Assembly (NCBI GenBank): GCA_002633005.1
Contig: NMRA01000689.1
Coordinates: 124,001-188,000 of the forward strand
Direction: 5' to 3'
From: Phoronis australis
Taxonomy: Eukaryota > Animalia > Phoronida
DNA length: 64,000 bases
Part shown: in pieces, positions 13,801-23,003 of the stretch
How positions within the stretch are numbered: position 1 is the stretch's first letter
Layout of the letters: each line of letters opens with the position of its first letter
Notes under the pieces: generated by a model
The model's database searches: none
Seen by the model: the letters and a program-made list of their open reading frames with translations, nothing else
What the model was told of the DNA's origin: nothing
Position numbers and translations under genes: made by a program

Positions 13801-16800
13801 CGAGTCTCGGACCATCTTTTTGACATTTGTGCAGTCTTGTTGAATTTTGTAGTTGTTCGGTGCACTAAGCCAGGTGTGAACTCCTGCAGATGTAATGAAC
13901 AGCTGAGCAACAAGTAATTTAACTCACTTTGAGTCAGTCGTGAAACCTTTGTTCAAAGTGGTTGTAATTTTGGGTTCAGGTATTTTGCAGATAAGAATCT
14001 GCCTGTCTTAATCGCCAATTTCCTCTCGACTCGCACAGGACACTGTAAAGAGAGCAAGAACTTCAACTCCATGTTTGCTATCATCAGTGGGCTGGGTCAC
14101 GGGTGCGTAACAAGACTACGTAACACGTGGGACAAACTGCCATCTAAGTACGTCAAGATGTTCGAGGACTTGCAGGATTTCATGGACCCATCGCGCAACA
14201 TGTCCAAGTATAGGAACCTGCTTAACAGCGAACATGTGCAGCCACCTGTGGTGAGAACTAAGAACTAGAGTTTGTGGTTAAAAGGCATGCCTTGGACATT
14301 GTGTCGGGAGCATGATCATAATGTGGTGTTGACAAAATTATTCGGCAAATATTTTTATTTCTCTAATGAAATGATGTCATTGGTGCACAATGAATGAAAT
14401 TAGCGATGTTATAGAAAAAAATGGTATTGCTTGCCATTGTTCTTAATTACCATTTTGAAAAGTCTGTATTTCCATCATTTTCATGACCCAAAATGTACAT
14501 TGTAAATTTGATGTTAGTGGACTGATTCTTACTTTTGTCAGGTATTGGCTGTAATATCTGTCCAGCTCATAAAATATCACCTGTTTCAGATACCTTTCTT
14601 CCCCGTTGTCAAGAAAGATTTGACCTTCATCCACCTCGGAAACGATTCCAAGGTCGAAGGCCTGATCAACTTCGAGAAGCTACGGATGGTAGCCAAAGAA
14701 GTGAGGCATGTGTGTAACATGACCTCATCGCAATACGTAAGTAGCGCCGATGAAGCAAATTATAATGACACAACTTGATTAGTTTTTATTTCAGTGCTGT
14801 CGTGGTCATTTCTTGTTTGTTGGTTCAGGTTTTTGTAGTGTTGTATTCTTACAAGTCATGATTAGATATAGTGCTTGAACCAAAGCGGCATTTGAGATGT
14901 CCTTTCTCTCAAAAAACTCTTGCAGTCATGAATTTGGTCTTATCTTCGTTACTCGGTTTAGAAATGAAGTCTGGGCTCATGAAGAAGTGACAGCTTGTTA
15001 TTTCTTTAGACCAAGCTCGTGAAGTTTCGGGTCATCGTGTGATCTGAAATTTTATGAGCTCCGCTTCAAGAAATAACGAGCTGTCGGTTTCTTCCACACG
15101 CAAGAATTGTCTCCAATCTGAGTAATGACCAAGTCATGGCCAGATTTATAGTGTTAAGTTGGTTTACGTCCACTTCAAGTTGTTGAGTCAAAGCCCAACA
15201 CAGAAATGACATTTGACAAATAGTTCAGTGATTTTCTAGTTTTTTGTACTATGTTGTTTATTCTGAGCTTGCTTTTGTTTAGTGAAGAAAAAACATTTCA
15301 AGAGAAAGTGTTGGTGACTTCTCTGTATCAACCCTGCCAAAGGATTGACTGTCAACTAATAAGACTTTTTGTGTTATATGCAACTGTCGAAGTACTCTAG
15401 CGTAAATTCTAAAAGGTGTGATAATCAAACGATGAACAGCTTTGTGTCCCTTTTTAATTCTTGAAATTGACTGGTACAGGAAAAGTGTGTAAAAAAACGA
15501 TGCCTTTTAACGAATTGGCTCAATTTCAGGATCCATGCAACATGTTCGGCCACTCCAACATTCCATCTGGCCTGTTCATGTTTGGCAACAACCCCAACTA
15601 CTCGGCATCGGGCATTGCCACGTTAAGAAAGAAGAAACGAGGCTCGTCCCTACCTAATCCTAAGAGGATGTACGAGGAGGTGAGTTAAACTCACTAGCAT
15701 GTTGTTATCTGTTGTGGCTGGTGTTCCAAGTGCTTGATGTCTAGCAGAATAATTTTCTCATCAACGTGAAAGGAAAAACTATTACTGAGTTCCAACCAGT
15801 GGTTCGAGAGACGACCAGAGAGAGCAGATGTTACTAACAACATTTGATACATCAATTGATTCAAATTTCCGGATCTTTTTGCAATGAAGACAATTATTTG
15901 ACAGCGAATGTTTTGAGATGAGAGTTGTTGTCACACTGGTCTGTGATTTTGTAGGCCCAGATGGTGAGACGTGTCAAGTCCTATCTGAGCAATATGAATG
16001 TCGTGACGGATGAAGAGAAGTTGAACGAAATGTCGTGCTCGTGTGAAACACCAGGTAAAGTGCAGTCAGGCAACATACATGCTTTTTGTAAATGGGACAG
16101 TAGTTTTGTTTGCTGTGAATGGCCAGTGAAACCACACTTGGCGTGAAATCCATGATAGCAAATTGATAGTAGTATGATTTTGTGACTCGAGGCCAACTTG
16201 TTTGTAGCTGACATTGCATGTGCTTTGTAACTTCTTCACTTGGCTCAACGAGTAAGAAGGTTCTGAAGGCTTTTTCAGTTTATAAAACTGAATTTTGAGC
16301 GTTGCCATTGCTAATGGTTGGCCTGATCTTGTTCCTGTTATAGCCAACAAGAAGGTCAATAATGACTCGGGCTCAGACCAGAAGCCACCCACCGTGGTCA
16401 TTCCCAAAGGACCCATGTTTGGCGCTGATGACCCCAACGCTGTCAGAAAGCTAATGTCGCTGTCGGAGAAGGCACGACCTTTGAACCCCAAGCACCACTA
16501 CCAGCCTGTGACCAGCCCACTGGTGATGCGCAAACCCCCATCTCCCAGGCAGTCGAGGTCATTACAAGCCCCATCTTCTGGGTTATTGCCTGAAACCTCT
16601 TCACTTGGGGCCTTGAGAAAGTCACAGACATTACGTAAGTGTCTCCTATGTGGTCACCAGTTTTCTTGGACTTGAAATTCCATTTTTGTCTGCAGGCTCT
16701 GATATTTACCTACTTATGCAGTAAAGCTTCAGGTAATCTACTCTATGGTTAGTTATATTATTCTGCATTTATGTTGATGAGTTTGGACTTTACAGTACAC

Positions 16801-19800
16801 ACCCATCCTCCCCATTTCAGACTCCATCGGCAGCACCTCCAGTATTGAGACAGTGGGGCCCTCTGTTGGCCAGCACCATTATGACACAGACTCTGGCCAC
16901 AACAGTGTGGCTTCCTCAAGTTTTGATAGTCGCAGTATTAGCTCTGTTGGCTCGGCAAGTTCTCCTCTGCAGACGCGGCGCCCCCTGTCGAGCAGTCTTC
17001 CGCAGTCTGGTGAGTCTAATGTCCTCTGTTGTGAACTTGGCACACTGTTTTGTGTATGCAGTAATGTTTGTTGCTTTTTCTTTCCGATTCATTAACACTG
17101 GCAATTAGTGTGACCATTTACTTTTTAATTTTGCTTAGCTATTTTATTTATTTTTGTCATTTAATATCTCCTCTTGAGCAGATTAGAATTAATAAACAAT
17201 TGGTTTCCACGTTGTCAAATTTTCTTGTGGCTTTGTTTGTTTTAAGGCAATTGTCAACCTTGGTGGGTTGTGAAGTGGACAGTTAAAAAGTCATTTGATG
17301 AAATGTGGAAAAGACTTCACAATAGTTGACAATTATCTGAATTCGATGAAGCTTAAAAACATTGTAACAAAATCTGCTTGATTTTCCTTCCAAAGTTAGT
17401 GCTTTCGTTTACCCTTGTTCAGTGAACTAGGAAACTTCTTCCAATCCTGCAAGTCGATAATCTCAAAAAGTATCAACATTTGCAATTACTCAAACTGTGT
17501 CTGTTTGAGATAAATATATATAATTCCATTACGAGTGCCCTGCTACTGCATTTTTCATTGTAAGGGTAGATGCGTTAGACTTCCCGTACAAATTGCCGAT
17601 CTACAAATCCCTATGTGCTTGCCTGTTTCCAAGACCAGTTTCTACTAAGTGGCTTTGTACCTTTCACAAATTGTGTGTAAATGTTTTGAATTAAAATGTG
17701 CAATGTACGCTGTAGTTCTCCGTGTGTGCTGTATGGTACTGTTAGCCCTGTACAAAAATTGTTATTTTTCAATTTGAGCAATTATGCATTAAAAGTTTCA
17801 GCCAAGTCCTTAGAAAAATTCGGGAGTGTTCCATTCAATATTAAGTATGGGTGAGCCATATTAGTAGAGGTCATGACCCTGCCATAGCTAAGACAGTTAT
17901 TATCGCGTTATTGCAAATGTGATGTTGCATTTACAACTGGCGTAAACTTGACCGTTGTCTAAATTCAAATTTAATGTCTACCTTCATAAACCACGTTAAT
18001 CAACTTTGTGCATGTAAAAATAAAAAATACGAACATCTTAGATAAGATCAGAGGCTTGGCTTTGATAAAATTGACCCCAGGTCTTGCAAAAATGTGTTTT
18101 CATTAAACCTGTCTCCTTTCAATTTAATTTTTGGTTTTCTAAGTTCGATTTCACGGGTGTTTTCAGATACTAGTGCCATACTGTTTTGTGAATATTTTGT
18201 TCGTTGTTTCTGTTATTTTCCTGTGTTTAGACGCCTTTGTGTTTGTTCCCCATTTCAGTGGTGTTTAAATTAATTGTTTGTTTCCAGCGTCGATTGCCAA
18301 CGGAAATGCAAGGCCACCTCTTCCACCTTATCACGTAGTCGTTCAAAATTCGGCAGGTTAGTCCGCAGCAGCAACACCGTTGGCTGTTTGCACCCAAGTC
18401 TCAGATTCTGTCTGTATGACCTACTGTTGTCTGCTCATATGCCTCTTGTGGCGACATCTGTTGTGTGTTCATTAGTGTCTCTTGCTTGCATTCTTGCTTG
18501 ACACTTAACATATGACATGTTATGACACATCTTTGGTGGAGGCTTTAACTGTTGCGACTTGTCTGCCTGCTCTAACTCTTAGTCAGATTGTTGTATGCAG
18601 AACGTATGATGAAAGAGCGCCTCTTGTGTCAGTGACATTGCCCGATGCGTGATTTTATTATGGAGATGTGTTCAGGCAACTCTGTTGCTACTTTTTTTGA
18701 CTGGTCTGCCCTCTGGGAAGCTCAAGTAGTTTTCTGCCTCTCACCTTCCTTGTTTGGCAGAAGTCTACTGCTCCCTCAGCCTTTACTAAACTAAAGGCAG
18801 TGGTCCGTTGTAATTAGTTCTCCGGACAATTACTAAAATTTGTGAGCATAGTTGACATAGCAACAAAATCTACATGGAGTGATTACTGTTCCTGGTCTGA
18901 TTCATTTCATTGTATGCCATCTGCATGTTAAGGCTATCTGCTGTTTATACTTTGGCATGCATTGTGTACTCTAACAGCTACTGCAATGCACTTCTCATTA
19001 CCTCGTGTACATGCATGCATAATGCCTAGGTAATGTTCATCTTCTCTTCCTTCTTCCTATTGTCATCTCACTGCTTTATTTTGGCCTTTAGTCGATTTGG
19101 GGCAATATTGTATGACTCTTCAACAAAGTCTGGAAGGTGTAGTTATGAAAACTGAAACATTTATTGCAACGTAATTCATAGCACTTGGTCTTTGTAAGTT
19201 GTTATCGGTGGCTTTTTTTTAACTCTAAAGATCACGTGTGATATAAATTACTTGTGGTTGCTGTCCATTTTGCATAAGCACGTCACTCAGTGTTTCTCGT
19301 CTCTGTTACAGCTTACAGTCAGTTCATTCATCAACAGTATACTCAGATGCCGCACCGACCTCTCCCCGACTACCACAGCGCCACGCAGTTGACAAACAAC
19401 AAACCGCCAGGGAAGATGGGACGATCATATTCGCATGAGGTGGTACCCTCCAAGTATTACGAAGTCTCTGGAAATACGCTCAATGGCAGTGGTGAGTGTC
19501 AGTCAATGTTTGGTAACAAATATCAAGAGTCCTGTTGAGTATTGGGGGAGGAGTCGTGTTGAGTATTGGGGGAGGAGTCCTGTTGAGTATGGGGGGNNNN
19601 NNNNNNNNNNNNNNNNNNNNNNNNNNNNNNNNNNNNNNNNNNNNNNNNNNNNNNNNNNNNNNNNNNNGGGGGAGGAGTTGTGTTGAGTGTTGGGGGACGA
19701 GTTGTGTTGAGTATTGGGGGAGGAGTTCTGTTGAGTATTGGGGGAGGAGTCCTGTTGAGTATTGGGGGAGGAGTGTTGTTGAGTATCGAGGGAGGAGTTG

Positions 19801-20302
19801 TGTTGAGTATTGGGGGAGGAGTTCTGTTGAGTATTGGGGAGTAGTTGTGTTGGGTATTGGGGGAGGAGTTGTGTTGAGTATTGGGGGAGGAGTCCTGTTG
19901 GGTATTGAGGGAGGAGTCCTTTTGAGTATTGGGGGAGTCCTATACAGACTTGTGGTGCTGGATGTGGACTGGTGGTTCAACTGTTGAAGTTCACTATACA
20001 AGTGCAGGTGAACTGTGTTACAATGAACCTTCCGGGGACTCCTATAAAACATTCATTGTAACCGAAATTCGCTTTAACCAAATGAACTTGTGTGCAGTAC
20101 AGTTGACTTGGGATTTGTGTAATAAAATGTTACAAACCTGGTTTGTTGTTCATAATTTAACTTTGGCTGTACAGTTACATTGTTCATTGTGTGTGTCATT
20201 GGAACATCTTTGCAGAGGTATCCATTGTAGTGATGTGAAGTTTTTATGGCTGGTGTTATCTTTTCAGAGAGTGGTGAGGAAGAGCAAGTGTCAGCCGTAT
20301 GA
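1592..20302 (+). CDS. RAPGEF2: Rap guanine nucleotide exchange factor 2/6 (PDZ-GEF / dizzy ortholog), spliced, 5'-partial, 24 exons, ~1221 aa visible
   Basis: Exons 1592-1801, 2693-2797, 3062-3252, 3838-3955, 4402-4506, 5128-5292, 5803-5910, 6200-6403, 6796-6904, 7342-7576, 7970-8204, 8924-8988, 10235-10342, 12695-12929, 13483-13582, 14039-14250, 14590-14736, 15530-15679, 15955-16054, 16344-16634, 16821-17009, 18288-18356, 19312-19491, 20268-20302. All are GT-AG with consistent phases (3666 nt). Domain order cNMP-like, REM, PDZ, RA, CDC25/RasGEF, PY-like motifs, C-terminal EQVSAV* as in vertebrate RAPGEF2/6. Confidence 0.95.
2375..2438. mobile_element. Short palindromic (MITE-like) element
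   Basis: GCCTTGTCTCCAAGCCTCAA ... TTGAGGCTTGGGGACGAGGC, 20-bp inverted repeat (18/20). Confidence 0.55.
2693..2797 (+). CDS. RAPGEF2: PDZ-GEF exon
   Basis: [39 protein letters not shown] bounded. Confidence 0.93.
3062..3252 (+). CDS. RAPGEF2: PDZ-GEF exon, cNMP-binding-like domain
   Basis: [45 protein letters not shown]. Confidence 0.95.
3838..3955 (+). CDS. RAPGEF2: PDZ-GEF exon, cNMP-binding-like domain
   Basis: [39 protein letters not shown]. Confidence 0.95.
4402..4506 (+). CDS. RAPGEF2: PDZ-GEF exon
   Basis: [35 protein letters not shown]|gtaagt. Confidence 0.93.
5128..5292 (+). CDS. RAPGEF2: PDZ-GEF exon, REM (RasGEF-N) domain
   Basis: [33 protein letters not shown]. Confidence 0.95.
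5803..5910 (+). CDS. RAPGEF2: PDZ-GEF exon, REM domain
   Basis: [30 protein letters not shown]. Confidence 0.95.
6200..6403 (+). CDS. RAPGEF2: PDZ-GEF exon, PDZ domain N-half
   Basis: [15 protein letters not shown]...[34 protein letters not shown]. Confidence 0.95.
6796..6904 (+). CDS. RAPGEF2: PDZ-GEF exon, PDZ domain C-half
   Basis: [35 protein letters not shown]. Confidence 0.95.
7342..7576 (+). CDS. RAPGEF2: PDZ-GEF exon, linker
   Basis: FNDMLESPD...[24 protein letters not shown], phases match neighbours. Confidence 0.88.
7970..8204 (+). CDS. RAPGEF2: PDZ-GEF exon, start of RA domain
   Basis: ...SSPDTFL...[23 protein letters not shown]. Confidence 0.92.
8924..8988 (+). CDS. RAPGEF2: PDZ-GEF exon, RA domain
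   Basis: [21 protein letters not shown]|gtaaga. Confidence 0.92.
10235..10342 (+). CDS. RAPGEF2: PDZ-GEF exon, RA domain
   Basis: [35 protein letters not shown](R). Confidence 0.93.
11122..12268. repeat. ~570-bp tandem duplication centred on a single N (probable haplotype overlap artefact)
   Basis: 11122-11693 vs 11696-12268 near-identical, N at 11694. Confidence 0.9.
12695..12929 (+). CDS. RAPGEF2: PDZ-GEF exon, end of RA / start of RasGEF domain
   Basis: [12 protein letters not shown]...[26 protein letters not shown]. Confidence 0.95.
13483..13582 (+). CDS. RAPGEF2: PDZ-GEF exon, RasGEF domain
   Basis: [33 protein letters not shown]. Confidence 0.95.
14039..14250 (+). CDS. RAPGEF2: PDZ-GEF exon, RasGEF domain
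   Basis: [18 protein letters not shown]...[13 protein letters not shown]...[11 protein letters not shown]. Confidence 0.96.
14590..14736 (+). CDS. RAPGEF2: PDZ-GEF exon, RasGEF domain
   Basis: [39 protein letters not shown]. Confidence 0.96.
15530..15679 (+). CDS. RAPGEF2: PDZ-GEF exon
   Basis: DPCNMFG...[20 protein letters not shown]. Confidence 0.9.
15955..16054 (+). CDS. RAPGEF2: PDZ-GEF exon, end of RasGEF domain
   Basis: [33 protein letters not shown]. Confidence 0.93.
16344..16634 (+). CDS. RAPGEF2: PDZ-GEF exon, C-terminal tail
   Basis: [19 protein letters not shown] motif (FG..SP.A..KL.SLSE type); phase 1-1. Confidence 0.88.
16821..17009 (+). CDS. RAPGEF2: PDZ-GEF exon, Ser-rich tail
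   Basis: [18 protein letters not shown] (DSG-type degron-like motif), phase 1-1. Confidence 0.85.
18288..18356 (+). CDS. RAPGEF2: PDZ-GEF exon with PY-like motif
   Basis: ttccag|...[22 protein letters not shown]|gttagt, 69 nt, phase 1-1. Confidence 0.7.
19312..19491 (+). CDS. RAPGEF2: PDZ-GEF exon with LPDY motif
   Basis: YSQFIHQQ...RPLPDYHSA...NGS|gtgagt, phase 1-1. Confidence 0.82.
19530..19940. repeat. 24-bp G-rich minisatellite (GAGTATTGGGGGAGGAGTCCTGTT)n with assembly gap
   Basis: At least 12 visible degenerate units in the last PDZ-GEF intron; N run at about 19597-19667. Confidence 0.95.
20268..20302 (+). CDS. RAPGEF2: PDZ-GEF last coding exon, C-terminal PDZ-binding motif
   Basis: ttttcag|...[13 protein letters not shown]. 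Confidence 0.92.
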
Positions 20303-21609
20303 CTAGTAGCTCCCCCTTCTGGCAAGTAACAGTGCCTCCAATCTGTGATTAATGCCGTAAGACCCAAGTCAGAGAAATCGCGATTGCCAAAATGTTATTT
20401 CTCATTATTGATGTACACGATCTCATTACTTTGACTAAATATCGTGCTTCGTATGCCATAATTAAGTAAAACTAGCACAAATTATATTAATTTTGGTTTT
20501 GTATCTTGAATGTCTTGAATTATGCTAAAATCTCACCGATTTTGGAAACATAATTGTCAAAGTAGTCCCTTTTTTCAAAGGATTCTAACATTGTCGTGGA
20601 AACCTTTAACTTTTCCAAATATTGCCTGATTGTAGCTATAATGGTAAACAGTGATGTGGTGGTACTTATCTCTTACAAAAATGAGAAAGTGAAAATTCAC
20701 TTGTCAATCCTATGTTTAATCATTTGGTGAAATTTACCATAAATGTTATGACCAAAATCGCATTTAGTTAAATTATAAAAAGTGAAGTGTAAAGTATGTT
20801 TCACTTTGTCAATTGAAATATGACGTGATTTATTTTCGAACAGCAGGAACAGTTTCACACCAGATTTTTGTGTGGTAATGTTTTCAGCGTCTAAGTAGAC
20901 TATTTTGTTAAGCCACTGTTAATGTTAAGTTGGAAGGGGGAAAAAGTTGATTTATAAAATGTATTGTGACAAGTGATGTACAGGCATTTGTGATGAATAT
21001 TTATTTATTCTTGGTACAACATTGTAGAATAATTGTATTAGCATGTGGTCGCTGATTCACGTGTGAATAATCCTCCAACTTAAGTAATATTGTGGTCCGA
21101 CATCTTGGCAAAGGCTTGCATTTAATGATGGAGTCTGGACAATGAGCCCATGAAATTGTGCTGCTTTCCTAAAAGAAAGCTATCAATTTGTGAACAAGTT
21201 ATTTACTGTCAATGTTTGTTCAATGTTTGAGACAAGTCACTGCAGGTAGTTGGAACTTACAGCTATGTTGCAGTGACAAGTTTCACACAGCTGAAGTCAG
21301 TTTCTTACAAGTCGCTAGTTCCAAATCTGTTCACTTGTGTACTTTTATGAAAGTGCGCTTCAAAAAGAGGTGCATTCATAAAAGTTGCATTTCTTAACGA
21401 TGTTTTTCGTTGGGACCTAGCCAATATGTATTGATTTCAGATGTGTTGACCGTCTCGATACTTTGATGGAGTTAGTCAGCTGATCCCTGCTAAGCTTTAT
21501 TTATTTGGTTTTGACCAGTGACTTTTTGTCACATTTTATTGTCCTGTTATCATGCTTTGTTTGTACATGTGTATTATTTGTAGATAATGTAAATAGCAAT
21601 CATTTTATT

Positions 21610-21615
21610 AATAAA
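21610..21615 (+). terminator. Putative polyadenylation signal of PDZ-GEF
   Basis: AATAAA ~1.3 kb after the stop, at the end of an AT-rich 3'UTR-like tract, followed by TG-rich sequence. Confidence 0.45.
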
Positions 21616-22936
21616 AAGTCTCTTCAACACAACTTGTTGTTCTGTCATAGATTTTTATGCTTCCAAACATGTGAGGCTGCATATTGACATCATTTCTGTC
21701 GGGTTCTTTAAAGCAGAGGTTGTGTATTGTCAAAGTGTGAAAGGATCCAACTTTTGCTATGCCTCCTAGTGGAATTTTGTTGTTATGGTGTTCATCTTCA
21801 AAAACCATGTATGGATCTTCAGGAAACTCTTCCAACATGTTTGTATCAAAAGTGGTTGTCACCGGACAATTTTCTGACCGTTCCTTCGTGTTGTTCGCCC
21901 CTAGTAGCAGCTTTTGTGTTTTGGTATTGTCTTGTGGTGTCTGCTTTTCTATCTAACAAACGTTTTGAAGAATGGTCATGAAATTAGGCAGAAATGTTTC
22001 TATTGGAATGAGCATGGCTGACATCAACTCTCGGTCGGTCCAGAAAACTGATGTGACCCCCTAGTGGCAGCTAGATTTTTGCGCCTGTCTCGATGTCTAC
22101 TAGTACTACAATATATGCGAAGGTTCGTTGTGACATTTGGCGAAGATTTTATGAATGAGGAGAGCAGAACTATGTTGCTTTTTGGACGAATGATGCTTTG
22201 TCTCCCAGTTGCAATTTCAATTTGTTNGATATAGTTTCCTTCATTCGTCTCTTGGAGACAGGTGGCCCACACTAGAGAAGGAAATGCTATTGACAGGATC
22301 CACCTCGGCACCCTTTTGGAAACTCACATACTAGTTTGTGCCGAAGTAGGCCCTACTCATCTATTTTTCTATATAATCACTTTCGCATTTTACTGACTAC
22401 GACCGTTTTAAAAGTATATCAAACCCGATTCTGGCCTATCAACAGATATTAAAAACAACATTCACATCCAATTCTCTGAAGCAAAATAGTGCTCTGTAAC
22501 CCTTGACAAGCCACAAAAGTTTGGAGAAAATTTTGAAAACTTTTCAAAGTCTGCTAAACGGGCAAGCGTGAACTACACTTTTAGCGAATTACACTGCAAC
22601 TGTGGGGAAGACTTCACACCAAGAACCATAATATGTTATTTGTGACAAACGGAGTAGGCCCCTGTGAGTTTTTAATTGATCCTTGCCTTTGTCTAAAGAT
22701 TAGCACCATTGATGTATTAGCAGGTGAGAACGAGGATTGGTTGAATCAAAACAGGGTTTAGTATCCTTAGTGGCGAAGGTAACAAGTTATGTACCTTGAT
22801 AACGGTGCTATCGAACGGTGACCTAACTGGAGAAGCGATAGTACATAAATCGACACGTTTTAGTTGCATTTGTCTCGCACCGGATTTTACCGACTCGTTT
22901 CTCTTAGTAATCTTACTGGTTGAGCGGAGTTGGAGC

Positions 22937-23003
22937 ATGTCATGTCACTGGATATTCACTGCTGTCGGTCTTGTTGCATTTCTCTTACTGAGGTGTTTAA
23001 CAG
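22937..23003 (+). CDS. SIAE: SIAE exon 1, signal peptide
   Basis: MSCHWIFTAVGLVAFLLLRCLT then CAG|gtaaaa; phase 1 matches exon 2. Confidence 0.72.

Noticed and set aside
1399-17104. Minus-strand ORFs overlapping PDZ-GEF exons (e.g. 1563-1868, 7259-7561, 12627-12917, 16066-16491)
   Set aside because: Antisense shadows of real coding exons
19530-19940. CRISPR-like array
   Set aside because: Contiguous units without unique spacers; eukaryotic intron; no cas genes
19435-20052. Long ORFs (150-190 aa) on both strands
   Set aside because: Translations of the 24-bp minisatellite and N gap
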